Shown here in pieces: positions 10,132 through 20,003 of a DNA stretch of 64,000 nucleotides (within the stretch, counting starts at the first letter, position 1; each line of letters begins with the position of its first letter). Both the position numbers and the translations under genes were made by a program. The notes below the pieces were generated by a model. It ran no database searches, had not been told where the DNA came from, and worked only from the letters and a program-made list of their open reading frames with translations. Origin of the DNA: Armatimonadota bacterium (GTDB taxonomy: Bacteria; Armatimonadota; Fimbriimonadia; Fimbriimonadales; Fimbriimonadaceae); NCBI GenBank assembly GCA_027451905.1, contig DAIDHV010000008.1, forward strand, positions 1-64,000. Reading direction: 5' to 3'.

Positions 10132-12513
10132 CTATTTTTGTGTGATGGTCGGTGAAAAGACAGCAATTTTACTAATTTTCATCATTTTGCCTTCCGAATC
10201 TTCGATTCGAATGAACCTAGCTGTAACAATAGGCCCATAGTACCTTACGACAAAGTTCCCATCTTCCGGTTGGCTTCGGTTTGCAATGGTCCAAGCAAGG
10301 TCTGGTTCTGAGCTCCAATCGATAGCGTTTTGCACGGTCTCCCCCGTGTTGTAAACCAACACCTTAAATGGCCCCGCAGAAGGCTTACCGGTAAAGACAA
10401 TGTCAATTTCACCCAAGCGGCGGTCTCGATGCAAATCCCACTCTGCCCACTGGTTAGAAGGACCGAGTTGGATGGAGGAGGGATCCGAGGCAGCATCGGC
10501 CTGAGTGACAGCAGCGTTTTCTGCATAGTTTTGAGACTGATCTATAGGTTGGCTTGGCAGGGCAAAATGAAGATCACAAAACGCGACGGTTTGGTCTCCA
10601 CGGTAAGCGGATTCTAGCATCGAACTTGCCGTCATAAGTGCCCAGCCAGAAGAGTTGCCAAGGACCATGTGCACCGCAAACGAGCCGTCTCCTTCTAAGC
10701 GATTGGTGCCAAACGGATTCCGCCCCGAACCGCCAGAAGACATTGGCTGATTAGGCAGCAGAGCACTGCCAGATTGATCAGTCTTTAAGGAAAATTCTTT
10801 GGTTGGGCTAACCTTTCCATCAACAACCCGATAAAAATCCATTTCTGAGTTTTTGAGGGTAAAGCCATTGGCTCCGTACGCCCTTACCAAGATGAGGTGA
10901 GGAAATTGGGAAGCGGCGCTTGGCTGGATGGGATTCCTCTGAGAAGTTGGTTTGGAAACAAGGTCGTTGAGCTGTCCTACCGTTACAAGGCCAAGAGGAC
11001 CATAAGGCGAGGACGGCACCGCAAGCAGGTAAGGAACTTGGTAAGCCTGCTGCGGCAGCTGCAAACTTGGCGGAAGTTGCCCTTCATAGCGACGATCCCC
11101 GCCTAAGAGTCCGCCATACCAGTAGGTTCCTCCCCCATAAAATCCGTTCTTCTGATCCAGTGGCAAAGGACTATCGGCAATCTGCTCCTTGCCAAAATCG
11201 GTGGCTCCTGCTGCTTCCAATGACATTTGCATGAGCTTCTTCAATTGATGCGGATCCTCTAAGCTGCCACTTTTGAGGGGCAGAACCAGATCACCTGTTC
11301 CCGGCTGTCCCAGGTCTGGTTGAAGTTGAATCCGCTCCATGCAGCCAGCAGGGCTAAACGAAAATCGACTGCGATCAAGAGCCTTATTGCAAAGGGAGCT
11401 TAGCTTAAGAAGCAGCTTGCTTGCTTCCTTTTTTGGCAGGTCTGATTGCACGGGAATGGCAAATCCATTAGGGAAGAAAACCGCACTTCCATATTCGGCA
11501 GACGCTTGATTGCCTCCCAACCAGAAATTGATTTTCCCTGCCCTTGGGTCCTGCGGGTTAGGCAATGCGCAAGGCAAATCTGCCTTAAAGGTTGCCCCTG
11601 CCGATAAGGAAGGAACGTTTGCAACGGGCATGGAAATCCCATCCATGAGTTGGTGCAGTGCGCACGGCGAGGAAGGTCCCTTGCCTAGATTGCTCACTTC
11701 AACGGTCAGAGCGTCAGAACCCGGTGCCCTTGAGACACCAACGATCTCTAGCTTAGCGGCAGAAATTGTCGGCTCGGTTTCCTTCACATAGGTAATTTCT
11801 AACTGAGGCTGAGCAGAGCCATCTTCACTGGATGCAAATTCACAGGGGCCAGAAAATTGAAGAGCAAAGCCAAAATTTAGCCACGGCTTCTCCACAAATT
11901 TCTGAATCTGAGGGGCCAAGCCTTCGACAACAAAATTCCCGGTGCCAGTCGGATGAGCCTTCACCGGCAAGACCTGAATATCTTGAGGACCCATTGCCCC
12001 TGGGGTTGACCATTTGGCACCCTTGATTCCAAATTCCGATGTTAACCAGGTTGCTCCGCCAATAGGAGCCCTCGAAACCGCAAGGCTTGGTGGTTTGACG
12101 GGAGCCGTAGCGGGGCCAAGGTGGGGCAAATTAAGGGTCAAAGCCGGCCCTTCACCCCACGGCCTGAGCAGTTCACCAAAAGTTGTTAATTGAGGGGTGT
12201 CTGGAGATGACTGAGTGAAGATAATTTTGGCGTCAAGGACCTTGGCATGAGCACCAAGCAACCTTTGAAGCTGACCAAAACGAATGAGAATGGTCTTTCC
12301 GGTACCACCAGATAGAGAATATAACCCCCCTTCAGACTTGGTAGGCTCCGCGTTATCAAGGGTTGTATCCTCAACGTCGCAACCCATCAATGGATCGTTG
12401 ACCGCAACATACTTCCCTCCCGCTTCGGCGACCTCGATTCTCCCACGCTGATAGCGCAATTGGAAGGTCGGTTGGTTTTGGTTGTGGCGAAGGGCAAGAA
12501 TGCCGCAGATCAT
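10132..12513 (-). CDS. Large hypothetical protein with a C-terminal F5/8 type C (discoidin)-like carbohydrate-binding domain
   Basis: C-terminal ...AEWDLHRDRRLGEIDIV...FVVRYYGPIVTARFIRI resembles the discoidin fold. The N-terminal MICG is not a genuine Ntn amidotransferase start. Confidence 0.5.
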   Translation of the reverse strand: MICGILALRHNQNQPTFQLRYQRGRIEVAEAGGKYVAVNDPLMGCDVEDTTLDNAEPTKSEGGLYSLSGGTGKTILIRFGQLQRLLGAHAKVLDAKIIFTQSSPDTPQLTTFGELLRPWGEGPALTLNLPHLGPATAPVKPPSLAVSRAPIGGATWLTSEFGIKGAKWSTPGAMGPQDIQVLPVKAHPTGTGNFVVEGLAPQIQKFVEKPWLNFGFALQFSGPCEFASSEDGSAQPQLEITYVKETEPTISAAKLEIVGVSRAPGSDALTVEVSNLGKGPSSPCALHQLMDGISMPVANVPSLSAGATFKADLPCALPNPQDPRAGKINFWLGGNQASAEYGSAVFFPNGFAIPVQSDLPKKEASKLLLKLSSLCNKALDRSRFSFSPAGCMERIQLQPDLGQPGTGDLVLPLKSGSLEDPHQLKKLMQMSLEAAGATDFGKEQIADSPLPLDQKNGFYGGGTYWYGGLLGGDRRYEGQLPPSLQLPQQAYQVPYLLAVPSSPYGPLGLVTVGQLNDLVSKPTSQRNPIQPSAASQFPHLILVRAYGANGFTLKNSEMDFYRVVDGKVSPTKEFSLKTDQSGSALLPNQPMSSGGSGRNPFGTNRLEGDGSFAVHMVLGNSSGWALMTASSMLESAYRGDQTVAFCDLHFALPSQPIDQSQNYAENAAVTQADAASDPSSIQLGPSNQWAEWDLHRDRRLGEIDIVFTGKPSAGPFKVLVYNTGETVQNAIDWSSEPDLAWTIANRSQPEDGNFVVRYYGPIVTARFIRIEDSEGKMMKISKIAVFSPTITQK

Positions 12514-12579
12514 GTTAAAAGTTTACCGACGTCCACCAAGGATGCCGGCCATGATTTGCGTTCTTGCCAAGAACTGTTG

Positions 12580-12912
12580 CTATTCTGCGGCTGTTTCTGC
12601 GGCGGCGGCGGCTTCGGTTGAAGCGGCGGCGGCTTCTTCTGCCACGGGGGCATCGGTGACCGCGTCTTCAGCTACGTCTTTCTTTGCCTTTGCTGGCTTT
12701 TTTGCAGTTCCATCAGCTGGTTTGGATGCTGTCTTCTTGGCGGCCGACTTCTTAGCTGGCATTGAGGCAGGTGCGGAAAGATCGGCTCCAGATGCGGTTA
12801 AGGGCGCAAACTCAACATTAATCGCCTTCAGAGTCTTGGACTTCTTAGCGGCATGGAGTGCATTCTCTTTGCGGTGCCTGCGCCGCCTGATTTCTTTGTT
12901 CTTAACTCTCAT
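12580..12912 (-). CDS. Small basic Lys/Ala-rich protein (AKK/KKPAKAKK repeats, histone H1/HU-tail-like)
   Basis: ORF MRVKNKEIRRRRHRKENALHAAKK... followed by AKK repeats and an acidic Ala-rich tail. Lies 8 nt downstream of the heptose kinase gene. Function unknown. Confidence 0.35.
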   Translation of the reverse strand: MRVKNKEIRRRRHRKENALHAAKKSKTLKAINVEFAPLTASGADLSAPASMPAKKSAAKKTASKPADGTAKKPAKAKKDVAEDAVTDAPVAEEAAAASTEAAAAAETAAE

Positions 12913-12919
12913 GAAAAAA

Positions 12920-13918
12920 TCATAATACCAGTTCATTACGAACTAAGTCCAGATCTTCTGGTCCAGGAACCGCAACTCCCACCTTTCTTACGACCGCTCC
13001 TGCTAGTCTGGTGGCTAAGGCAAGCGAAGCCTTGCCGTCGAATCCCGCTCCATGGCAAAGAGCCAAGGCGGCTATCGCCGTATCACCGGCTCCTGCTTCA
13101 TCATAAACTTCTACTTTAATTGCTGGCTCGTACGCGGTTCCACCGTCAAACGCGGTCGCCATACCCTCTGCACCTAGGGTCACAACCACCGATCGAACGT
13201 TGAGGGCCTGCTTGATTTGCATGGCCGCCTTTTCCGCATCAGACCGCCCAATCTTTTTGATGCCAAGCAGAGCCGACGCCTCAATTCGGTTGAGGCTGAT
13301 CATATGAGCCCCTTTGTATTGGTGGGCGGTCCCTGGTTTTGGGTTTGCAATGACCGGTTTTCCTTCTTGCTGGGCCTTACCAATCATCTGCTGTACAAAC
13401 GGCTTGGAGAGACAGCCCTTGGCATAATCACTGAGCAAGATAAGATTGGCCGAACCGATCGAATCTAAGAATTTTTGATAAAGAGCATGCTCTTCATCAG
13501 GAAACAGGCTTTCATCAGATTCTCGGTCAATCCTTAGCACCTGGTGTGAGTGGTTGGCAACGACTCTGGTTTTGGTGGTTGTGGAACGTTTAGGAGAGGA
13601 GTACAGGTGTCGACTGGAAATGCCTGATGCTTCAAGAGACTCCAAAAGGATTTCTCCTTGGGGGTCGTCACCAATCAGCCCCACCATATCCACTTTTGCC
13701 CCTAATGCGACTATGTTAGCGGCAACGTTGGCAGCTCCCCCTGGCACGTGTTTGAGGGTCTGCTGTCGAACTACCATCACCGGCGCTTCTGGGCTTATCC
13801 TTGTAACTTCGCCGTAAATGTACTCATCTAGCATCACATCTCCAACCACCACTGCAGAAAGAGAGCCAAAGCACTCTAAAATCGAGCCAAAAGTTAATGC
13901 TTGCGATTCCGCTGTCAT
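12920..13918 (-). CDS. hldA: PfkB-family D-glycero-beta-D-manno-heptose-7-phosphate kinase (HldE/RfaE kinase domain only)
   Basis: VVGDVMLDEYIYGEVTRISPEAPVMVV matches the RfaE domain I signature; ribokinase-like C-terminal motifs GAGDT. Confidence 0.8.
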   Translation of the reverse strand: MTAESQALTFGSILECFGSLSAVVVGDVMLDEYIYGEVTRISPEAPVMVVRQQTLKHVPGGAANVAANIVALGAKVDMVGLIGDDPQGEILLESLEASGISSRHLYSSPKRSTTTKTRVVANHSHQVLRIDRESDESLFPDEEHALYQKFLDSIGSANLILLSDYAKGCLSKPFVQQMIGKAQQEGKPVIANPKPGTAHQYKGAHMISLNRIEASALLGIKKIGRSDAEKAAMQIKQALNVRSVVVTLGAEGMATAFDGGTAYEPAIKVEVYDEAGAGDTAIAALALCHGAGFDGKASLALATRLAGAVVRKVGVAVPGPEDLDLVRNELVL

Positions 13919-13969
13919 TGGTGCACTCTCCCTTCTGTACTTTGTGACACAGCGCGCGGAGAGGAGGGA

Positions 13970-14779
13970 TCAAGCCGCCGGTGAACTGCCATTGAACTCC
14001 GGAACGTGATTTGGCTTGCGCACGGCGGAAAGGAAAATTCCCCCGCCGATAACCATAACAACGAGAGCTGCGACTTGAGCCTCCGTAATCTTGCCGATTA
14101 AGTACTCAGACGTCGCAATTCCCGCGTTAACCTGAGCCAAAGTTCCACCCCGAGAAAACTCATAGATGAATCGAGACAGGCCCGTGAATATGAGGGCAAG
14201 CCCAGCCGCCTGGCCACTAAAGAGCTTCGTTTTGCGCTCAATCATAAGCAAAATCCCAAGGCCAATCAGGTTCATTGCCGAGTCATAAACTTGGGCTGCA
14301 ACATGCCACTGGCCATCCACATACAGCTTCAAAGGAAAATTAACCGAACAAACGCCTCCATAGCAACAGCCGTTAAGCAAGCAGCCGACCCTTCCAATTG
14401 CGGTTGCGATCAGAAAAGATGGGGCGATGCAGTCCATCATTTTGTAAACCGGCGTCTTGGTTCTCTTTGCCCAAATTAGCATCCAAGCAAGACCAAAAGC
14501 AAGCCCTCCAAAGCTGGTCAGTCCTGCAAATTGCAGGGAAAGCATCTCTTTGGGATGAGCCAAATAGTAGGGCCACTCTAAAACAAAGAAGGTTAGCCGC
14601 GCCCCAATGACCCCCGCAAAAAGGGCTCCAACCAACGCATCTGTGATGCGGTTTGGATCAATTTCTAGCTTTGGTGCCCTCAGGCGCACTACGACTAGCC
14701 CAACCAGGAAGGCAATGACGAGCATGACTCCGTAGCTGTGGATGGGAAAGGAGCCGATATGAAATAGTATTGGCCGCAT
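13970..14779 (-). CDS. lgt: Prolipoprotein diacylglyceryl transferase
   Basis: Multi-TM protein with the Lgt signature GRVGCLLNGCCYG. Confidence 0.9.
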   Translation of the reverse strand: MRPILFHIGSFPIHSYGVMLVIAFLVGLVVVRLRAPKLEIDPNRITDALVGALFAGVIGARLTFFVLEWPYYLAHPKEMLSLQFAGLTSFGGLAFGLAWMLIWAKRTKTPVYKMMDCIAPSFLIATAIGRVGCLLNGCCYGGVCSVNFPLKLYVDGQWHVAAQVYDSAMNLIGLGILLMIERKTKLFSGQAAGLALIFTGLSRFIYEFSRGGTLAQVNAGIATSEYLIGKITEAQVAALVVMVIGGGIFLSAVRKPNHVPEFNGSSPAA

Positions 14780-15690
14780 CGTTTGAGTCTACCGGTAGGC
14801 GGTACCCTATTGAGGTGAAACCAGAAAAACTTGTAGCTCCCGAAGCCGCCGCCCAAGTCATTGCGGAAGCCTTACCTTACATACAAGAATTTGCTGGACT
14901 GACCTTTGTTATTAAATACGGCGGGAGTGCCATGGATCACGGCGCGGAATTTCGGACCGTAGTTGCCAATTTGCTTTTGCTTCAGTCGGTGGGCATTCGC
15001 GTGGTGCTGGTCCACGGCGGCGGACCTGAAATCTCGAGGCTCACCGCAAGACTTGGATTGCCTCAGTCCACCGTTCAAGGGTTGAGGGTAACCGACGAAG
15101 ACACCATGGAAGCGGTTGAGATGGCCCTCAGCGGAAAATCCAACAAAGCGATTGTTTCTGGGTTTAGTCAGCAAGGTGGAAAAGCGGTTGGCTTCTCTGG
15201 CAGGGATGGCAGGATGCTGGTGGGAGAAGTCATTGACCCCGCTCTTGGCCGCGTGGGGCAGGTTACAGAAGCCAATATGGAGTTGGTAGAAATCGCCCTA
15301 GATAATGGGTTTATTCCCGTTATTGCATCGGTTGGGGAGGATGAACAGGGTCAGCCTCTTAACTTCAACGCCGATTCAGCCGCCTCGAGCGTCGCCATAG
15401 CTTTGCGGGCTTCCAAGTTCATCATTCTTACCGACACCAACGGAGTTCGAGCCGATAAATCGGATCCCAACAGCACAATTTCTGAACTAACGTTGGCGGC
15501 TCTGTACCAAATGTTAGAATCTGGCGCTGCCGATCAGGGGATGGTGCCCAAACTGCTTGCCGCTGCCGATGCGATCGAAGCAGGGGTGGACAGAGTTCAT
15601 TTTTTAAACGGCAAGCAGCCCAATGCCTTGCTGATTGAGCTTTTTACCGAGGCTGGCATTGGCACAATGCTTAGCGGAGATTCCAGCTAA
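14770..15690 (+). CDS. argB: Acetylglutamate kinase
   Basis: Amino-acid kinase family; EALPYIQEFAGLTFVIKYGGSAM and the rest match ArgB. The true start may be slightly downstream. Confidence 0.9.
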   Translation: MAASFESTGRRYPIEVKPEKLVAPEAAAQVIAEALPYIQEFAGLTFVIKYGGSAMDHGAEFRTVVANLLLLQSVGIRVVLVHGGGPEISRLTARLGLPQSTVQGLRVTDEDTMEAVEMALSGKSNKAIVSGFSQQGGKAVGFSGRDGRMLVGEVIDPALGRVGQVTEANMELVEIALDNGFIPVIASVGEDEQGQPLNFNADSAASSVAIALRASKFIILTDTNGVRADKSDPNSTISELTLAALYQMLESGAADQGMVPKLLAAADAIEAGVDRVHFLNGKQPNALLIELFTEAGIGTMLSGDSS

Positions 15691-15692
15691 AT

Positions 15693-17018
15693 ATGGTCTT
15701 CCCGGGCCCAAAATCGGCGGCCATGATTGACGAGCTGCGCAAGTATGTGATCACCGATCCGTATCCTTTTGTGCTGGATCTTGCCAAATGCCACGGCATG
15801 TGGTTGGTTACAGTTGACGGTCAAGAGTTGTTTGATTGGACCGGATACTATGGCTCGAAGCTTGTTGGTCACAACCACCCACGGTTATCAGAGCCTGAAT
15901 ATCAACAGAGATTATTGGTTGCCGCCAACAACAAGGTTGCCAATCCCGATTATTTGACCCAAGAGTGCTTGGATTATTACCGCAAGGTGTATGCGATGGC
16001 TCCCGACGTGATGAAGTCTGATGAATTAGAGATTTACGCGGTGAACTCTGGCGCAGAAGCGGTGGAAAACATGATGAAGTACTTGATTGCCAAATTCAAT
16101 TCAAAGAAGCTTGCCTTTGGCAAGATTGTTGGAGCTAGGCGATTTCTTTACTTTGATCGGGCCTTTCATGGTCGCACTATTTTTGCTCTCGGCGTCACCC
16201 AAACGGTAGACCCCGTAGCAACCAAGGATTTTCAGGGGCTTAGCGCGGGAGGCAATATCAAACTTGCGTTTCCGGCTTATGAAGATGAAGCAGATCCCTC
16301 CGCCAACCAAAAAGCAGTGCGGAAGTCCCTTGAGCAGGTCGAATCGGTTTTACAGCACATGGCAGAAGAAATTGTTGGCATTTTGGTGGAACCAATTCAA
16401 GGTGCTGGTGGCCATCGGGTTGCGTTGCCTGAGTTCTTCCGCGGGCTTTCGACCCTCGCTGAAAAATACGGCGTGTACCTTGCCTTTGATGAGGTTCAAA
16501 CCGGGCTCGGGGCCACCGGGAAAATGTGGGCGATTGATCATTTTGATCTTCCTCACCCTCCGATGGCAATTGCGACAGGAAAGAAATTTGGCTGCGGCGT
16601 GGTTTACATGAAAGAGCCTTTGGAGGATATTGGAATCCTCGATAGCACTTGGGGCGGCACTTTGGCAGATATGGTGCGCGTGGTCCAGGAGATCAAAATT
16701 GTAGAAGAGGAAAACCTTGTGGAACAAGCGGCTGCAAACGGAGAAATCCTTGCCGAGGGCCTTCGGCAGATTGTTCGGGAGCACAACCATCTTGCCACGA
16801 ACGTCAGAGGAATGGGAATTTACCAAGGATTCAGCCTCAAAACCCCTCAACTTAAAGCCGCATTGATCAAAATTGCCCGTGAAAAGCATCAAACTTTGCT
16901 GCTGGGGGCTGGCAACCGCTCGATTCGCACCCGCCCTAGTTTGTCGGTAACGAAAGATGAGATTCATCGGTTTCTTGAAATCCTCGATCGCTCTTTGTGT
17001 GATGTTGCCAGTTTGTGA
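15693..17018 (+). CDS. Class-III PLP-dependent aminotransferase (Lat/ArgD-like)
   Basis: FDEVQTGLGATGKMWA PLP-lysine region; class III fold; adjacent to argB. Confidence 0.8.
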   Translation: MVFPGPKSAAMIDELRKYVITDPYPFVLDLAKCHGMWLVTVDGQELFDWTGYYGSKLVGHNHPRLSEPEYQQRLLVAANNKVANPDYLTQECLDYYRKVYAMAPDVMKSDELEIYAVNSGAEAVENMMKYLIAKFNSKKLAFGKIVGARRFLYFDRAFHGRTIFALGVTQTVDPVATKDFQGLSAGGNIKLAFPAYEDEADPSANQKAVRKSLEQVESVLQHMAEEIVGILVEPIQGAGGHRVALPEFFRGLSTLAEKYGVYLAFDEVQTGLGATGKMWAIDHFDLPHPPMAIATGKKFGCGVVYMKEPLEDIGILDSTWGGTLADMVRVVQEIKIVEEENLVEQAAANGEILAEGLRQIVREHNHLATNVRGMGIYQGFSLKTPQLKAALIKIAREKHQTLLLGAGNRSIRTRPSLSVTKDEIHRFLEILDRSLCDVASL

Positions 17019-17212
17019 ATGAGGTTTTAGGGGCTGGTCGGCCCTTGGTTACGGGTTTGTTCTTTGGCTAATTTTCTGTGAGACGCCGGGGCCGGAATTT
17101 ACCTAACATGCTCTATCTTCTCGTGCCCTATCCTGCCCTATTTTTTCATTTCCTTCCCAATCTTTTCATTTCTAATTGTTCCCCTTCTAAGAATCATCTC
17201 ACTTTCCCTATC

Positions 17213-17258
17213 TCCGATGGGGAAGGTGGCCCCGTTTTAACGGGGGACCGGATGGGAA
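17213..17258. repeat. Copy A of a repeated two-hairpin element containing GAAGGTGGCCCCGTTTTAACGGGG
   Basis: 24-nt identity with the reverse complement of 23176-23199; each copy sits next to a second hairpin. Located in the tyrS/aminotransferase convergent intergenic region. Confidence 0.6.
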
Positions 17259-17292
17259 TTTTGCAAACGTTTTGCCCATTCCTAACCTTAAG

Positions 17293-18486
17293 CTAACTCA
17301 ACTTTCGGAAGTGGTGCTTGCCGATCCTCAGAACCTTGCCCACCAAATCAGAACGTTGAAAACGTGCACTAGGATCGGTCGCCTTTTCCCCGTCTAAGCT
17401 GACCGCGCCAGATTGCATTAACCGCTTGGCATCTCCGTTTGATTTTGCCAGTTCTAGCCCCACGATTAAGCTAGCCAAGTTGATATCGGCGTCTCCCAGT
17501 TCAGCGGGGATATCGGCCGGCTCCGCATCCACCGGCTGCTCTCGACGGCTAAATGTTGATAAGAAATACTCATCTGCCGATTGGGCTGCCTCCTGAGAAT
17601 GGTACAAGGCAACGATCTCTCTCGCTAACCTGCGCTTGATGTCTCTGGGATTGGCGTCCGAGGCAATGAGGGTTCGCACTTCATCCATCGGAACATCGGT
17701 GGCTAATTCAAAATAGTTCTCCATGATCTCGTCGGGGATCGACATGGCCTTGCCGAACATATCATTAGGCTCATCTTTCACCCCGATATAGTTGCCAAGA
17801 GACTGGCTCATTTTTTCTTTTCCGTCGGTACCAACCAACAGTGGGCTTAGCACAACAACCTGGGGCTCCATCCCAAATTGAGCCATCAGATTTCGACCCA
17901 CCAAATTATTGAACTTCTGATCGTTGCCACCCAACTCCACATCGGCTTGAACTGCCACCGAATCGTAGCCTTGGCAAAGAGGATAAAGGATTTCATGCAT
18001 CGCGATAGGCCGCTCCTCTCGAAGCCGCTTCGTAAAATCGTCTCTTTCTAAAATTCTTGCCACCGTATACCGAGAAGTCAACCGGATGACATCTTCGAAG
18101 CTCATCTTGCCGAGCCACTCCCGATTGAACCGGATTTCAGTTTTGGAGACATCTAAAATCGTATCGATTTGAGTGAGAACTGAATCAACATTGGCTTGCA
18201 CTTCCTCGACCGTCAGTTGGGGCCTTGTCTTGCTTTTTCCACTAGGATCACCGATAAGGGAAGTGAAATCGCCGATAATGAGGACCGCGGTATGACCCAG
18301 CCTCTGAAAGTCTCTTAGCTTCCTCAACACAACTGCCCAGCCAAGAGTGACCGACCTTGCGGTAGGATCAACCCCTAACTTGACCCTTAACTTGCGCCCC
18401 GATTCAAGCTTCTCTTTGAGATCCGCTTCGGAGATGATTTCGGTGGTTCCGCGCTTCAGCAGGGCCAACTGCTGTTCTATAGTCAT
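17293..18486 (-). CDS. tyrS: Tyrosyl-tRNA synthetase with C-terminal S4 domain
   Basis: HIGH-like region (TLGWAVVL...LGH), KMSQS motif, S4-like C-terminus. Confidence 0.92.
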   Translation of the reverse strand: MTIEQQLALLKRGTTEIISEADLKEKLESGRKLRVKLGVDPTARSVTLGWAVVLRKLRDFQRLGHTAVLIIGDFTSLIGDPSGKSKTRPQLTVEEVQANVDSVLTQIDTILDVSKTEIRFNREWLGKMSFEDVIRLTSRYTVARILERDDFTKRLREERPIAMHEILYPLCQGYDSVAVQADVELGGNDQKFNNLVGRNLMAQFGMEPQVVVLSPLLVGTDGKEKMSQSLGNYIGVKDEPNDMFGKAMSIPDEIMENYFELATDVPMDEVRTLIASDANPRDIKRRLAREIVALYHSQEAAQSADEYFLSTFSRREQPVDAEPADIPAELGDADINLASLIVGLELAKSNGDAKRLMQSGAVSLDGEKATDPSARFQRSDLVGKVLRIGKHHFRKLS

Positions 18487-18546
18487 GGTTCAAAAGGATA
18501 CCGACCCGCGCAGATTTGTACCCAATCGGATTCGATTAACCGGTTC

Positions 18547-18581
18547 AGCAAAAAAAGACCCACAAGGGTTGACCTTGTGGG
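18547..18581 (-). terminator. Rho-independent terminator (minus strand) downstream of the HD-GYP gene
   Basis: Hairpin CCCACAAGG-TCAA-CCCTTGTGGG followed by TCTTTTTTT on the minus strand. Confidence 0.7.
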
Positions 18582-18611
18582 CGGATTGATGTTGTTGGAT
18601 GGTAAACGAAC

Positions 18612-19961
18612 CTACGCGGCTGCCTTGGATGGCAATTCGTCTTTATGCTCGTCTTTAAGCTGCAGAATTCGAGGAAGTCCCTCAAAAAATGCGTCTACAA
18701 TTCTGGGTTCAAATTGTGATCCCGAGCCTTCTTTGATGACACGAAGAGCCTCTTCAACCGGCCAAGCCTTCTTATACGGACGCTCGCTGATCAGGGCATC
18801 AAAAACATCGCAAACCGACGCAATTCTTGCACTCAGAGGGATCTGCTCGGCAGCCAGTTTTCGAGGATAGCCGGTGCCATCCCACCTTTCATGGTGGAAG
18901 TAAGCAATGTCTCGTGCCATTTTCATCAAGTCATCGTCAGCCCCTTCTAAAAGCTGTCCGCCAGCTTCGGCGTGCTGTTTCATGATTTCAAACTCTTCTT
19001 CGGTGAGTTTGCCTGGCTTGTGCAAAATAGAATCAGGGATGGCAATCTTGCCGATATCGTGCATGCTTGCCGCAAGCTCAATTTGTTCTGAGTAATGATC
19101 ACCCATCTTAAGAACTTCTGCTACGATTCGGCAATAAGCGCTCATGCGTCTGATGTGGGCTCCTGTCTCGTTGTCTCTCCACTCCGATGCCTGAGAGAGT
19201 CTTTGAACCAATTCTAGGCGAGCATTGCTTAGCCGGTTCTTAAGCTGCTGGGTTTCGGTGACGTCAGTTGCGTAGATTCTCCAACCATGATTCAGCCGGT
19301 TGGCAACCACCATATAGCCGGTGCCTCTGTAGTTGATTTCTCTTACCGACTGCTTGCCGACTTTGATCTGTTCGGTGAGCAAGTGCTGAAAAGCGCCATG
19401 GTGAAGTCCAAGGAATCGCACTCCGCTGAAGCACTCTTCAGCGGCCTGATTTGCGTAGACCACGTGACCAGATTCGTCTAAATCAATGACCGGGCTTGGA
19501 TTCTGCTCTGCAAAGCCAGCAAGGTAGCGGCTCTGTTGATAAGCCTTTCTGAGGGCAGTGATCTCAGAGAAGAAACAAAACCACAGGTCTCGACTCCAAT
19601 AGCACTGGGCAGACCATGTTCTGCCTTGCCAAAACACATCCGAAGTTTGCTGAAGCCCGTCAAAACCGGCAAGCCCCAGATTTTCGAAGAGCGATTCACT
19701 AGAACCTGCGATTTCCTTGCCTGCGCTGTTGATGTATAAGCAATGCCCTTGGGAGTCAAATACCGATATAGGATTCGGATTGATCTCTGGGATCATTGCC
19801 AGCAACTCGTCTGTAATCGCCAAGTTGCGCTTACTTTGTCCGCGCATGTTTTTTATCTTTGGCAAATCAAAGCCCAATCGCCACGTCATTTTCATAAAAA
19901 ATTCACTTTTATTGCAAGGACTCTGATAATCAATGCAAATATCTCGCATTGATTGGGTCAA
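18612..19961 (-). CDS. HD-GYP domain c-di-GMP phosphodiesterase with N-terminal PAS-like sensor region
   Basis: HD...HHERWDGTGYP motif. Confidence 0.85.
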   Translation of the reverse strand: MTQSMRDICIDYQSPCNKSEFFMKMTWRLGFDLPKIKNMRGQSKRNLAITDELLAMIPEINPNPISVFDSQGHCLYINSAGKEIAGSSESLFENLGLAGFDGLQQTSDVFWQGRTWSAQCYWSRDLWFCFFSEITALRKAYQQSRYLAGFAEQNPSPVIDLDESGHVVYANQAAEECFSGVRFLGLHHGAFQHLLTEQIKVGKQSVREINYRGTGYMVVANRLNHGWRIYATDVTETQQLKNRLSNARLELVQRLSQASEWRDNETGAHIRRMSAYCRIVAEVLKMGDHYSEQIELAASMHDIGKIAIPDSILHKPGKLTEEEFEIMKQHAEAGGQLLEGADDDLMKMARDIAYFHHERWDGTGYPRKLAAEQIPLSARIASVCDVFDALISERPYKKAWPVEEALRVIKEGSGSQFEPRIVDAFFEGLPRILQLKDEHKDELPSKAAA

Positions 19962-20003
19962 CCAAGGGCGTAAAGTCTCAAAGGTACTCTAACTTGCACA
20001 GGT

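Noticed and set aside
12475-12513. N-terminus MICGILAL of the 793-aa protein resembling the MCGI start of class-II (Ntn) glutamine amidotransferases
   Set aside because: The Cys is not at position 2 and no downstream GATase or synthetase motifs follow. The similarity looks coincidental.
12482-12925. Plus-strand 147-aa ORF rich in Ala/Ser repeats
   Set aside because: It is the antisense shadow of the minus-strand K/A-rich ORF and has low-complexity, non-protein-like composition. The minus-strand reading fits operon context better.
18487-18611. Possible T-box leader upstream of tyrS
   Set aside because: Only ~125 nt are available, and they are occupied by the terminator of the upstream HD-GYP gene. 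No specifier-loop or T-box sequence was recognisable.
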